In this document: piece after piece, positions 12,041 through 24,085 of the stretch | How the letters are laid out: each line of letters starts with the position of its first letter | Numbering within the stretch: the stretch's first letter is position 1 | Assembly: GCA_965112735.1 (NCBI GenBank) | Contig: OZ218958.1 | Coordinates: 496,001 to 560,000 of the forward strand | Origin: Phaeosaccion multiseriatum | Lineage: Eukaryota > Protista > Ochrophyta, other classes | Direction of reading: 5' to 3' | DNA: 64,000 bases | Position numbers and translations under genes: made by a program | The notes under the pieces: model-generated | Database searches by the model: none | Told to the model about the DNA's origin: nothing | The model's input: the letters and a program-made list of their open reading frames with translations, nothing else

Positions 12041-12694
12041 ATGAAGACCGCCTGCATCGCCGCCATGGCCACCCTCGGGTGCGCCTCCGCCTTCGTGGCA
12101 CCCACCGCCTTCACCGGCAGCGCGGTTGCCAAGGCCCCCAAGAGCTCCAGCAGCATGAAGATGGCCTTCGAGGACGCTGAGGGAGCACAAGCCCCTCTGG
12201 GATTCTTCGACCCCCTCGGACTCCTGAACGACGCCGACCAGGAGCGATTCGACCGACTCCGATACGTCGAGGTGAAGCACGGACGCATCTCCATGCTTGC
12301 CATCGCTGGTCACCTTGTGCAGCAGAACGTGCGCCTGCCCGGATACCTGTCCATCTCCGAGAACATTAAGTTCACGGACGTGCCCAACGGCCTGGCAGCC
12401 TTCTCTAAGATCCCCGCCGCCGGCATTGCCCAGCTGGTTGCCTTCATCGGCATCCTCGAGCTGGCCGTCATGCAGCAGGTGGAGGGCTCCACCCCCGGTG
12501 ACATGAACAGGTTCGGAGAGAACTCCACCTGGGCATCGTGGGACGAGGAGACCCAGAGCCGCAAGCGCTCCATCGAGCTCAACAACGGCCGCGCCGCGCA
12601 GATGGGCATCCTCGCCCTCATGGTCCACGAGCAGCTCAACGGACGCCCCTACATCATCAACGACATCCTCGGACAGGCCTACACATGGAACTAA
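12041..12694 (+). CDS. Lhcf: LHCF/FCP copy 4
   Basis: Same protein; 5'UTR intron 11873-12039; 3' flank differs from the other copies right after the stop. Confidence 0.97.
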   Translation: MKTACIAAMATLGCASAFVAPTAFTGSAVAKAPKSSSSMKMAFEDAEGAQAPLGFFDPLGLLNDADQERFDRLRYVEVKHGRISMLAIAGHLVQQNVRLPGYLSISENIKFTDVPNGLAAFSKIPAAGIAQLVAFIGILELAVMQQVEGSTPGDMNRFGENSTWASWDEETQSRKRSIELNNGRAAQMGILALMVHEQLNGRPYIINDILGQAYTWN

Positions 12695-13469
12695 GCAGCT
12701 ACCAAATCCCTTGACCGGAAGGGGGAGGAGCTCCTGGCTTTCGTCTATAATCGCGGAGTGTGGCAGTAGAGCCGCTCTCAGCACTAAGTTTCTTGGGATC
12801 AACATCTGCCGTATTTTGAGTCACCACGAAACACCCCCCAGAACGAAGTCAGTGAGGCACCCCCCTTCTTTTGCGAGTAGAGTGACGGCGTTTATCGCCT
12901 GTACGAAGCGGTCCTATGTACAATTTTAAATACACAAATGTAGCTTTCACCATGAGAGGCACTCACCTCCAAAGGCACCCCCTTTAGGGATACTAACCAC
13001 CCCAAACTGTTTTAGCGAGGTTGAACATGCGTGTCGTGTTGCCCTTGTTTTAGCGAGGTTGAACATAGTGAGGTTGAACAAGCGCAACCTGCCCTGCAGC
13101 GTGTGGAGGCCAAACAAACTGAAACTCCTGTTCCGTACGTAAGGGCCATGCGGGTCTTACATAAGGGTGACTTGCAGCCCAGAGGGCCCTCACCCCCCCC
13201 CTTAAAGTGCATCTATCGCCGGGTGTTGTTGGTTACGCGTCCCAGGTAAGGATGGGTAAGGCGAATGCAACAAGACCCTCCGAATCTTTGGTAACATTAG
13301 TGACACTGCACTACGCCAATCGCCTTTAAGGTGTCTCGGAGGTGAGTGAGCTCTTACGTAAGTAAAGGAGTGAGGGCTTTTACAAGTACTCTCGCGTGTC
13401 TCTTTTGAGCGAAGGTCATCTTTGGACGCAGTCTCCATCTATGTACACACTGTTTTGATCTTAGTACGG

Positions 13470-14290
13470 TCTGCGGATGAAAATCACCCCGCACCCCTTG
13501 TTTCCTCCTTCTCTCGCTGCTTCCGACACTTCTTGTGCACCTCTTGTTACGATGGAATTCGACACTTGAGCCTGTCCACTATCCCCCCTGTCACCTTGGC
13601 TCTGAAGAGCATGACGGCCTGCAGCACATTCATGCCCTCCTCAGAGTCTACCTCCTCCCATACGAATGCGTTTAGCTCCGCCCAGTACTGCTCTGCCCAT
13701 TCCTCTGCGTACTCTCCCGCTTGTGCCTGGGCCAGAGTGCGCGGTATCGGTACCTCGCTCTCTCTCAGGCCTGGCATCAGGAACAGTGGGCCGAGTAGGG
13801 AAGAGACGGCATGTCAGCGAGTGCTGCGTGGTGCTCCTCGTCCCAGCTCCGGATGAGCTCCCCAGTTGTGCTCCTTGGCTCCCATCAGGACGACGCTCAC
13901 GGACCCTGAGTGTCAGGCGCAGAACGGCATTCAGAACGGCTTACATGAGGCGCGCCATACAGTGCTGAAACGGATGGCGCGTCTCATTTAAGCCGTTCTG
14001 CGCCTGACACTCAGGGTCCGTGAGTGTCGTCCTGATGCCCTCTGCGTTGAGCTTGACTTTGGTCCCCTTGGGCATGATCAACTCCGTGCCGTTGTCTGCC
14101 AGCATCACCTTCACCTCGTGACCTCCACTCTCCTTTCCCGGTTGAAGCACCGTGACCTTGAGATCGTTCCACGCCCCCCGAAATGACTCCATCCCCTTTC
14201 CCACCCCCACTCTAGCCCACCCCATCTTGGTGCGCCTATCCACCCACCGGTAGATGTGCGTGTTGTGGTGCCCTGGGAGCGGAAGACTGG
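13470..14290 (-). mobile_element. Degenerate Ty1/copia pol fragments (integrase core and RT N-terminus)
   Basis: KVMLADNGTE...GIRTTLTDPECQAQNG resembles the integrase RSDNGGE...PQQNG motifs. IPRTLAQAQAGEYAEEW...VMLFRAKVTGGIVDRLKCRI resembles the copia RT start. Confidence 0.75.
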
Positions 14291-14324
14291 CCAGAGTCAG
14301 CTCGTGGAGAGGCCCACCTGCCGG

Positions 14325-14699
14325 TGTGTCGGCCCTGCTGCAGCAGCTGAAGCCTCTACAACAGCCTTTTCCGAGCCTCGAAGCAGATGGCACTCCATGG
14401 GTCGGCCGGCGGTGCCCCTGCTGCTGCCCTTGCTACTGATGATCATCAAGGAAACTGCTGCTTCTGCACTGGACCGCGAGTGCGCTTTGCTGATGAACGA
14501 AAGCGGCAACAACAGGACACGGTCAGAGGCCAGACAGCAGAAGCCAGACCGCACGGGGGGGGGGGGGGGCAGAATTGAAGAATTAGGTCATCTGGGGGCA
14601 GACTTTGGCGTGCCCATTGCGTGCTGTCCCTGCTGCTCTCCTTCTCGATACAAGAGCGTGAAGAGGCCTCTTTAATGGAGCAGAGCCACGGCAAGAAGA

Positions 14700-14730
<31 letters not shown>

Positions 14731-14822
14731 GCAGCAGAGCATCGTAGGTATGAATCAGAGGGACTCTACACGTACTCACATGCACGTCGCAAAACACCAA
14801 GTACAGCGGCAGGGCGCTTCAT
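14325..14822 (-). pseudogene. Truncated copy of the Tat/Cys-rich gene (unit 4)
   Basis: Only exon 1 and the 5' part of exon 2 remain, abutting copia integrase debris. Confidence 0.8.
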
Positions 14823-16324
14823 ATGTCCACTCCAATGAAGCACGCTGGGGCAGGCAGGTGAAGCCAAGCTAAGAAAAGAGAGCAAGCAGGGCCTCCTGCT
14901 CATCCTTTAGAGATGCCCACAGAGGGCGAGATCCCTGTAGAGGGCCTGTCACAAGCACCAGTTTCAGTGTATCAGATCCGAATGAATGCAGTACCATGCC
15001 AATCGGATGGCAGAACGAACAGGAGGTCCGAAGACAACGGAGGAGGTGGGGGAGGAGGAGGCAAGGGTTAGGGAGGAGGAGCGAGGGTAGCAAGGGAGGG
15101 GGGGGGGGTCAGAACGCAAGGACAATAGAAGAAAGGAGGCAAGAGAGAAGGAGAAGAAAAGGAAAGAGGGAGGGAGAAGGCAAGGGAGAGGGAGGGAAGG
15201 AGGCAAGGGAATAGGAAAAAATAAAAAAAAGGAAGAGGGAGAGAAGACAAAGGAGGAGAAGGAGGTCGGGAGGGAATGCGAAGAGCAGTAAGGATGCCGG
15301 GCGGCAACGAGAGGGGGGAAGGAGGTCGAGAGGCAATGAGAAGAGAAGGGAGAAGGAGGTCAGGCGGTAAGACGAAGAGAAGGAGGGGAAAGCAGGATGA
15401 GACCAGGGAGAGTGAGAGAGAGAAGGAGGTCGGAAGGTGAAGCAGAGGGGAGGAAAGGGGTTGGAAGGCGAGGGAGAGGAAAGGAGGTAGGGCGGCAGGG
15501 AAGAAGGAACAAGGAGGCCGGAGGGGAAGAAAGAAAGAGAGAACAGAGAGGGGACGCAGAGGAGAAGCAATGAGGAGGGAGAGGGGGGGCGAGATGGCTG
15601 CGTACCTGAGCTTCTCCATTCCGTTTGTCTCTCCTCCTACGCTCTTCTCCTCCATCTACTCTCCCCGTGGCAAACATCTGGTGAAGGCCGACAAAAGCAG
15701 CAGAAGGGGCCAAAAAGTAAACAAGCCCATGAAGAGCCGGAGGGGAGGGTTAGGCCTTCAACCAATAACAAAGAAGCGCGCGAGTGTAAATGCACGTCAG
15801 AAGGAAGCACAAAAGACAAGATGCTGAAGGTACTGCAGCGTAGCGTTGGCATCTGCGCAGCCAGCGAGGACGGGAGAAGATGTTGAGCGGTACACCGGCA
15901 GGCTGCAACCGCACGCGGCAGCGGCAGCACGTAGGACGGTACCAAGCGGTGGCAGCACTAACCAGAGCAGTGCCCCAGCCTGCAAACAATGGACGACGAA
16001 TCGCGACCAATAGACGGCCTCTCGCTACGCTTACCTCTTGCGCCCTTTAAAAATCTGTTCTTGTTCTCCCCCTCCTCGTTCTCAATCCATTGCGTCGAGA
16101 CGGCAGAAGAAAGGAAGGGCGAGCGAGAGATGGGAGGGGAGAGGCAAGAGAAGAGACGGTACTGCACATGTGGGGAGGCAAGACCCCGCCCTTTCCCCAC
16201 CATCCTGGCCTTGTACAAGACAACAAGACACCAAAGAGGAGGAGAAGGGAAAAAAGTGCCAGTTTCCTGTCTTCGGGGCGGGTTTCCGGCGCTTGAGCGA
16301 AATCCCCGTTGGTTGACCAGGGCT

Positions 16325-16330
16325 TGACGT
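16325..16330 (+). promoter_or_regulatory. TGACGT box upstream of FCP copy 5
   Basis: Same context and similar spacing as copy 3. Confidence 0.55.
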
Positions 16331-16584
16331 CGCGAGCGAGGGAAAACCAAACCAGTAAACACAATCAAATCCACATCTCCTCCTCTCTTCTTTTTAAGAC
16401 ATCTTTACCACCATCAAGTGAGTGCTGCAGTGCAGGGAAGAGGGGGAGGGGAGGCAGGGAGGAAGGCGAGCAGCGAGGAAGAGGGATCAAGTGGTCTTTT
16501 ATTTTGTCAAGCGATTTGCATTCCCCTTCTCACCCCGTCCTCCCGTTTCCCCACCCTACCCCTTTCTTCTCTTCTCTCCGCAGC

Positions 16585-17238
16585 ATGAAGACCGCCTGCA
16601 TCGCCGCCATGGCCACCCTCGGGTGCGCCTCCGCCTTCGTGGCACCCACCGCCTTCACCGGCAGCGCGGTTGCCAAGGCCCCCAAGAGCTCCAGCAGCAT
16701 GAAGATGGCCTTCGAGGACGCTGAGGGAGCACAGGCCCCTCTCGGATTCTTCGACCCCCTCGGACTCCTGAACGACGCCGACCAGGAGCGATTCGACCGA
16801 CTCCGATACGTCGAGGTGAAGCACGGACGCATCTCCATGCTTGCCATCGCTGGTCACCTTGTGCAGCAGAACGTGCGCCTGCCCGGATACCTGTCCATCT
16901 CCGAGAACATTAAGTTCACGGACGTGCCCAACGGCCTGGCAGCCTTCTCTAAGATCCCCGCCGCCGGCATTGCCCAGCTGGTTGCCTTCATCGGCATCCT
17001 CGAGCTGGCCGTCATGCAGCAGGTGGAGGGCTCCACCCCCGGTGACATGAACAGGTTCGGAGAGAACTCCACCTGGGCATCGTGGGACGAGGAGACCCAG
17101 AGCCGCAAGCGCTCCATCGAGCTCAACAACGGCCGCGCCGCGCAGATGGGCATCCTCGCCCTCATGGTCCACGAGCAGCTCAACGGACGCCCCTACATCA
17201 TCAACGACATCCTCGGACAGGCCTACACATGGAACTAA
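16585..17238 (+). CDS. Lhcf: LHCF/FCP copy 5
   Basis: Same protein; 5'UTR intron 16418-16583. Confidence 0.97.
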   Translation: MKTACIAAMATLGCASAFVAPTAFTGSAVAKAPKSSSSMKMAFEDAEGAQAPLGFFDPLGLLNDADQERFDRLRYVEVKHGRISMLAIAGHLVQQNVRLPGYLSISENIKFTDVPNGLAAFSKIPAAGIAQLVAFIGILELAVMQQVEGSTPGDMNRFGENSTWASWDEETQSRKRSIELNNGRAAQMGILALMVHEQLNGRPYIINDILGQAYTWN

Positions 17239-17399
17239 GGAGTTTGTTGTCGTATGTGACGCTGCCAGGGAACTTAGACATTGGTTATAGCTAGACTTTA
17301 CTTTCGCTCTCTTGAAGGGAGACGACTGTCCATATGTAAATAAAGGAATGAGGGCTTTACAGATATTTTCTCGTGACTCCAAGTTGTATTGAACGCTCT

Positions 17400-18270
17400 C
17401 TGTCGCTGCCTCCATTTACGTACACATTATCTCTGTCTTAGTACACAGACTCTGTGTGTGTGGTACGCAAAGGCCTTCTATTGAGCACCTTCTCTGTCGC
17501 TGCCTGGGGATGGAAGTCTCCATCTATGTACGCACTGTTTCGACTTAATACATCACCAGCAGACTCCGTGTGTCTGCTCGTGTGCGTGGTGAGAGGTGCA
17601 GAAGAAGCGGCGGAAGCAGCGAGAGAAGGAGGACAATAAAGGGGTGCGGGGTGACGTTCACTCTGAAGCTGCTCTTCCGCTGCCGCTTCTTCTCCCGACG
17701 CCTCTCCTCCTCCTGCTGCTGCCGGTGCTGCCGCTCGGTCTGCGGATGAACATCACCCCCCACCCATTCTTTGTCCTCTTTCTCTCGCTGCTTCCGACGC
17801 TGCTTCCAACGCTGCTTCCGAATCTCCTGCCGCCGGTCCCTCTGCAGCCTCTGGCTCTCCCGCCTCTAAGCCAAAAGCTGGCTCAAACTTCTCGCACCCG
17901 CTCTCCCGCGTAAGACTAGACCCTATTGCGCGAGCCAGGCGCGGAAGGCTCTTGGGCTTGCCAAACCGAGGTCGCCCCACGCCCCAGTGCCAAATTGATA
18001 GTACTCTTCAACCTGCCTCACAGACTGCCTCTGCCGTCGCTGCCGCCGTTTCCTCTCACTGGCAGATGCGCCACCAACGTCCTCCTCCCGCTGCTGCTGC
18101 ACCGGCACTCCTCCATCAACGCCCAGGCTAACGGAGGCGAGGGGAGGTGAGGAAAGCGAAGAGCTTTCGCCCATCTGAGTGGGCGTTCACCCCTCTCTTT
18201 GCTGACCACGCAGACGCCTGGGCAGTCGTCACACACCCCTGTCTGTAAAGTCTTCGTCAATGTACAATTT
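17400..18270. mobile_element. Probable transposon debris related to the unit-4 insert
   Basis: Shares GGTCTGCGGATGAA(A/C)ATCACCCC...TCTCTCGCTGCTTCCGAC with 13468-13527 and is absent from unit 6. Confidence 0.45.
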
Positions 18271-18274
18271 GTAC

Positions 18275-20091
18275 TCACTGTATCTCTCCTATCTTTTGTG
18301 TCTCTCTCATGCCCTCATCTGCCCACAAAAACGTGCGAATGAGGTTTGTATCGTAGGTGCACTGCTCGTAGCTGAAGCACGCTTCCGCCTGGCACCTCCC
18401 TAGACACTCGGACCAGTCTCGGGGAGCCCTCCCAGTGGGCTGCTCGCACTGGGCCATGCATTGAATCACACCACGCAGGTACTTGACGTCCTTCTTGGTG
18501 CCCTGAGCGTCGCCGAGGAGGATACGGTTTTGAGGGGGGGAGGGGGAGGTGAGTGCGTGAGTGAGTAGGGGGTGTGATTAAGAATGTGTGAGTGAGTGGG
18601 CGAGTGACTTGAGTGAATGAGCAAGCGCCTCAGTGGGTGAGCGCGCGCGTAAAGGGGTGAACTGGAGTGAGGATTAAGGAGTTGAGTCAGCGAGTGAGTG
18701 ATGAGTGAGTGAGTGAGTGAGTGAGTGAGTGGGTGAGTGAGTGAATGAGTGAGTGAGTGAGTGCGAGAGTGAGTGAGCGAACGAGTGAGTTGAGTGAGTG
18801 AGTGAGTGAGTGAGCGAGTGCGAGATTGAGTGAGTGCATGAGTGAGTGAGTGAGTGAGTGCGTGAGTATGTGCCTGGGCGAGGGAGTGAGTGAGTGAGTG
18901 AGTGAGTGAAGTGAGTAAGTGAGTGAGTGATTTGAGTGATTGGGAGCGGGTGGGTGGCTCGGTGCGTGAGTGAGTGAGAAAGTGAGTGACGTGCGAGAGG
19001 TCCACGGTAAAGGAGATGCAGGCGAGAGCATAAGGCGACAAGTTGCAGCATGAGCGAATGGTATTGAGCGTGCCACCCTTTGCCGTCACGTACCGACTTT
19101 CCCTCGGACTCCCTGGGCCTGAGAAACTTGCCCGATAGCCACACCGTGCGTTGCTGGTGCCAGCTGCGCCCCACACCGTGCGTTGCTGGTGCCAGCTGCT
19201 GCCGCAGCGGAAGGATGCGGCAGCAGAGTCGGCCCTACTGCTACTGATACAGCTGCTTTCCAACAATGCTGCTCCGCCGCTTCAGGAAGGCTCGCCTACT
19301 CCTTCGGCTCCTTCCAACGGGCTCCCCCATCCACCCCCCTCTCTGGGTACTAGCACTGAATGCTGCAGCCGCTGTTTCTACTGTTTCTTCCCACCGCAGA
19401 CCAGCGCCATCTTGCCGCTACTGCGGCGGCTGCTGCCGCGGAGTCGCCACCCCACTTGCCCGCCTACTCCCTCCAGTGATGCCCCTGTCGCTCCTGGTGC
19501 TGCTGCTGTTGCTACTATAGCTCATGCTGCTACTGGAGCCGGGGCTGGTGTACACTCTTCTCCCTTCTCCTTCTATGGAGGCAGTGGTGCTGCTGGTCTG
19601 TACGGCCCTGCTGCAGAAGCTGGAGTCTACACCACGGCCTTTTCCGAGCCTCGAAGCAGATGGCACTCCATGGGTCGGCCGGCGGTGCCCCTGCTGCTGC
19701 CCTTGCTACTGACGATCATCAAGGAAACTGCTGCTTCTGCACTGGACCTCGAGTGCGCTCTGCTGATGAACGAAAGCGGCAACAACAGGACACGGTCAGA
19801 GGCCAGACAGCAGAAGCCAGACCGCACGGGGGGGGTGGGGGGCAGAATTGAAGAATTAGGTCATCTGGGGGCAGACTTTGGCGTGCCCATTGCGTGCTGT
19901 CCCTGCTGCTGTCCTTCTCGACGCAAGAGCGTGAAGAGGCATGCTAAATGGAGCAGAGCCACGGCAACAAGCAGCAGTAGTATTAGTAGTAGTAGTAGTA
20001 GCAGCAGAACATCGTAGGTATGGATCAGAGGGACTCTACACGTACTCACATGACTTCGCAAGACACCAAGCACAGCGGCAGGGCGCTTCGT
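18275..20091 (-). pseudogene. Decayed copy of the Tat/Cys-rich gene (unit 5)
   Basis: Start codon is ACG. A 32-bp-period duplication at 19139-19199 shifts the exon-2 frame. Exon 3 is still open (CMAQCEQ...CLGRCQAEACFSYEQC). Confidence 0.82.
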
Positions 20092-21024
20092 GTGTCCACT
20101 CCAATGAAGCACACTGGGGGAGACAGGTGAAGCCAAGCCCAGAAAAGAGAGCAAGCAGGGCCTCCTGCTCGCCCTTTAGAGATGCCCGTAGGGGGGCGAG
20201 ATCCCTGTAGAGAGCCTGTCACAAGCACCAGTGTATCAGATCCGAATCAACGCAGTACCATGCCAACGGATGGCAGAACGAACAGGAGGGAGGAGGGGGA
20301 GGAAAGGGATAGGGAGAAGGAGCGAGGGTAGCAAGGGAGGGGGGGAGGAAGTCAGAACCCAAGGACAAGAGAAGGAAGGGGGCAAGAGAGAAGGAGAAGA
20401 GAAGGAAGGGGGAGGGAGAGGGAGAAGGCAAGGGAGAGGGAGGGAAGGAGGCAAGGGAATAGGAGAAGAAGATCGAGAGGCAAGGAGAAGAGAAGACAAA
20501 AAAGGAGCGAGAGAGGCAAAGGAGGAGGAAACGATACGCCGGCAGACAGCAACCGCACGCGGCAGCGCCACGACAGCACGTGGGACGGTACCAAGTGGTG
20601 GCAGGACTAACCAGAGCAGTGCCCCAGCCTGTGAAGAATGGACGACGAATCGCGACCAATAGACGGCCTCTCGCCACGCTTACCTCTTGGGCCCTTTGAC
20701 AGAATGCTCTTCGAAGCCTCTCGCTCCCGCGGCAAAACCCTGCAAGCTTCTCCTTCTCTCCTTCTACTTTCTCCCCCTCCTCGTTCTCAATCCCTTGTGT
20801 CGAGACAGCAGGAGAAAGGAAGGGCGAGAGAGAGATGGGAGGGGAGAGGCAAGAGAAGAGACGTTACTACACATGTGGGGAGAGGCCAAGACCCCGCCCT
20901 TTCCCCACCATCCTGGCGCCTTGTACAAGACTTGCTGTTGAGAAGCGAAAACAGTGCCAGTTTCCTGTCCTCCGGGGCGGGTTTCCGGCGCTTGAGGGTA
21001 ATCCCCAAATTTGGTTGACGGGGT

Positions 21025-21030
21025 TGACGT
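21025..21030 (+). promoter_or_regulatory. TGACGT box of FCP copy 6, displaced 3.2 kb upstream by the LTR insertion
   Basis: TTGACGTCGCG-AGGGA directly precedes the LTR. The promoter continuation (AAACCAATGGGAACC) resumes just after the second AGGGA at 24243. Confidence 0.6.
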
Positions 21031-21039
21031 CGCGAGGGA

Positions 21040-21192
21040 TGTTGGGATATCTCCCTCCTGGAGACTGGTGTCGTACTTGCACGAGTGTGGGAAAGCGTCT
21101 TATTAGCTACATAACACTAAAAGAAGAAGTGAACGGACTTGTACCAGCGATATGAGATCGATATCTAGTGTCGACATCGATTTATCTCAACA
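21040..21192 (-). repeat. 3' LTR
   Basis: TGTTGGGATA...TATCTCAACA on the + strand, identical to 24086-24238. Confidence 0.97.
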
Positions 21193-21225
21193 CACCTCCT
21201 CGCCTGGTACTGTCCATTCCGCTAA

Positions 21226-22365
21226 CTACGCCCTAAAACCCATCATCTTTTCACGTAAAGCTACAAGTACTGCCGGGGTCACATGCTTCGTCAAAAGGTC
21301 AGCCAGTTGCGCCTTTGAAGCCACGTACTCAAATGCAATAAGAGCCGCCTTCACTGCGTCTTGCAGAAAATGAAACCGAACATCAATGTGCTTCATCCTC
21401 CGTGTCGATGCATTGCTCTCTGCCAGCTTGATACACCCCATGTTGTCCTCAAAAACAACTGTCGCCTTCGACGAGTCATCAGGGAACAAGAAACTCAATA
21501 CCTGCCTAATGTATAATATTTCCTTCACACAGTCACTGGCCGCCATGTACTCGCTCTCCAGCGAAGACATCGCTACACTCAGCTGCAATCGCACACCCCA
21601 AGTGATAGCTGCACCTCCGTACATCAAAGCGTAACCAGTCGAACTCCTGCGAGTGTCAACACATGCAGCGTAATTCGCGTCTGCATATGCTTCCAAAACA
21701 CACTCGCCCTTGCCAAACACCAAAGCACGATCCACAGTACCCTTCAGGTACCCAAACACACGCATAGCCTGCTTCCAATGCTCAGGGCCGGGGTTCTTCA
21801 TATACCGCGACAACTCTCGAACAGCATAGGCAATATCAGGCCTTGTCCAGTTTGAGATCCACATCAAAACGCCCACCACACCGGGGTAGTCCTTGTCAGT
21901 CATAAAAGCTACATCAGCTGCAGACGATGGCTCCATACTCTTGCTGAGTGCTGTGCCAGACACACCGGGTGTCGAGTAAACTCGATCAGACTCCAAACCA
22001 AACTTCACTATCATCTTCTTGATGTAGTGCTCCAATGTCAATGTGACAGTGCCTACGCTCCGGTTGAACACAACGCGCACTCCCAAAAACTGATCAACAT
22101 TGGGCCCAAGTCTCTTCAACGAAAACTTGTTGTCCAGCTCTGTAAAGAGCCAGTCCACCACCTCCTGCTTTCCGCCGCAGGACAAATCATCAACAAATAC
22201 AATGAGGATGCCAACAAGCTCCCCATTCTTCCACAAAACAAATAAACACGGCTCAGCGCCGCACTGTTGCCATCCAAGCTCAAGCAGAAACTTCACCAAT
22301 GTCTGATACCAACGCCATGCATAGAGCGCCTTCTTCAAGCACATGACCGTGTCGTAGAGTGCCAT
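21226..22365 (-). CDS. pol: Copia RT C-terminal half plus RNase H (N-terminally truncated)
   Basis: CLKKALY, EPCLFV, FVDD, TRPDIAYAV, AYADANYA..RRSSTGY, SSLESEY, FEDN, KHIDVRFHF, QLADLLTK. The GLKQ-type motif expected after KALY is missing. Confidence 0.9.
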   Translation of the reverse strand: MALYDTVMCLKKALYAWRWYQTLVKFLLELGWQQCGAEPCLFVLWKNGELVGILIVFVDDLSCGGKQEVVDWLFTELDNKFSLKRLGPNVDQFLGVRVVFNRSVGTVTLTLEHYIKKMIVKFGLESDRVYSTPGVSGTALSKSMEPSSAADVAFMTDKDYPGVVGVLMWISNWTRPDIAYAVRELSRYMKNPGPEHWKQAMRVFGYLKGTVDRALVFGKGECVLEAYADANYAACVDTRRSSTGYALMYGGAAITWGVRLQLSVAMSSLESEYMAASDCVKEILYIRQVLSFLFPDDSSKATVVFEDNMGCIKLAESNASTRRMKHIDVRFHFLQDAVKAALIAFEYVASKAQLADLLTKHVTPAVLVALREKMMGFRA

Positions 22366-22406
22366 CCTTCAAGCGCATGACCTTGCCGTGCTCCACATAC
22401 ACCACC

Positions 22407-23957
22407 TCATGTGTATGACCTTGTCCTGCTCCACATACACCACCTCATGCTCTTGAAGAGGTGCATCGCCATCCTGAGCCAAAGACAGAAGCGCACATGG
22501 AACCATATCCATTCCGTACCAATACCAGCTGGTGCCAGCCGACCAGGATATAGTTGACCAAGCCGCTGAGGCGCAGTCTCTTCCACTACCCCTGTGCCTT
22601 CCTTCACCTCCTGCCTCAGACGTAGCTGTGGCCCCTCGTGCTCCACCTCTTGTTCGTGTAGCCGCTGCTGGGACCGCTTCCACCCCTCCTTGTGCAATAG
22701 TTGCTGGGACTGCTCACGCACCACCGCATCTGCCTGTCGCCGGCTCTGCCCAGTAGGGCATGTCGTGGCTTCGTGGTCGGGCACCACCGGCTCCTCAACC
22801 CCTTCTCCTTGTGCGGGTACCACCGGCTCCTCAACCCCTTCTCCGTCTACATTCAAGACGAAGGTGTCGTCATCGTTCGCGGCAGAAACTCCTTGAGTGA
22901 ATTCCTCGCCTTGCACACGAACTGGAGTAGGAGCTTCCATGACTGGTGCCTCCTCACTCCGGGCTGGAGTAGGAGCTTCCATGACTGGTGCCTCCTCACT
23001 CCGGGCTGGAGCAGGAGCTTCCAAACCTGGTGCCTCCTCACTCCGTTCCTCATTCGTGGCTTCTTGCACAGTGCCTCGACGTGGAGCAGGAGCTTCCACA
23101 ACCGGTGGTGCCTCCTCGCTCTCTTGTGCCTCTGCAGCGTCCATGAAGCGCTCGTCGGCATCCCTCATGATGCGTGCCAACGCTGCTTTCACTGCTGCAA
23201 TGGACTCGTCGTCCATCTGATTCAACTGTGACAAAACGGACTTCACCGTGGGTCTACTGGCCACTACAGCAGACCTAAGTCCAGACATGGCAGGCGTAAA
23301 AGCCCTGCCACCGCTCCCGCTACGAGCAGAGGTATTCACCGCTGCTGCCCGACTGGGGGAGTTCGTTACGGGCCCCACCTGGGCACTACGTAACCCTCGC
23401 AGATGGAGTTCTCTGTAGTCAATGCCAGACCGCGTACGCAAGCCATAGCCGCTGCCGGAAGGAGCTGAATCAGCTCGAAGCTCCTCCGGCCTTCTAGTAC
23501 TCAAAACCCCATCCTTTTTCTTGCTCGCTTGATCCTGGAGCCACCGCTCTTTGAGCCAACGACGTGACTCCTCTCTCGAAGCTCTGATGGACTTCACCGT
23601 GGGTCTACTGGCCACTGCAGCAGACCTAAGTCCAGACATGGCAGGCGTAGACGCTCTGCCACCGCTCCCGCTACGAGCAGAGGGATTCACCGCTGCTGCC
23701 CGCCTGGGGGATTCAGTTGCGGGCCCCACCTGGGCACTACGCAACCCACACAGGTAGAGGTCTGAGTGTTCGATACCTGACCGCCTACGCAAGTCATAAT
23801 GGATGCTGACGGAAGGAGCTGAATCAGCTCGTAGCCCCTCCTGCCTTCCACTCAAAACCCCCTCCTGTCTCGTGCTCTCTTGGTCGCGGAGCCACCGCTC
23901 CTTGATCGCACGACGTGCCTTCTCCCTCGAAGCTCTAGACACTCGTCGGTCCGCCAT
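22407..23957 (-). CDS. Unexplained ~516-aa ORF inside the LTR element, with internal repeats
   Basis: Long open frame with a 351-bp (117-aa) tandem duplication and 14-aa (RSEEAPVMEAPTPA) and 12-aa repeats. No CCHC knuckle or protease motif seen. Confidence 0.55.
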   Translation of the reverse strand: MADRRVSRASREKARRAIKERWLRDQESTRQEGVLSGRQEGLRADSAPSVSIHYDLRRRSGIEHSDLYLCGLRSAQVGPATESPRRAAAVNPSARSGSGGRASTPAMSGLRSAAVASRPTVKSIRASREESRRWLKERWLQDQASKKKDGVLSTRRPEELRADSAPSGSGYGLRTRSGIDYRELHLRGLRSAQVGPVTNSPSRAAAVNTSARSGSGGRAFTPAMSGLRSAVVASRPTVKSVLSQLNQMDDESIAAVKAALARIMRDADERFMDAAEAQESEEAPPVVEAPAPRRGTVQEATNEERSEEAPGLEAPAPARSEEAPVMEAPTPARSEEAPVMEAPTPVRVQGEEFTQGVSAANDDDTFVLNVDGEGVEEPVVPAQGEGVEEPVVPDHEATTCPTGQSRRQADAVVREQSQQLLHKEGWKRSQQRLHEQEVEHEGPQLRLRQEVKEGTGVVEETAPQRLGQLYPGRLAPAGIGTEWIWFHVRFCLWLRMAMHLFKSMRWCMWSRTRSYT

Positions 23958-24085
23958 ACCCAATGCAGCGTGGCAGACGCACCAGTGCTAAAATCTGCTC
24001 CGACCGTTTCAACTTCCCGTACTCATCCCGTACTTTACGTCCACCGCTGCACTAATGCGCATTAGATTTCAACCGACAATTGTCG

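Noticed and set aside
13470-14290. Idea that this integrase/RT fragment complements the domains missing from the 21-24 kb element
   Set aside because: It is rearranged, truncated and shares no visible LTR or sequence with that element.
24040-24075. tRNA-Ser-like stretch TTGAAATCTAATG near the 5' LTR
   Set aside because: Short, in sense rather than complementary orientation, and without D or T arms; not a tRNA gene or a supportable PBS.
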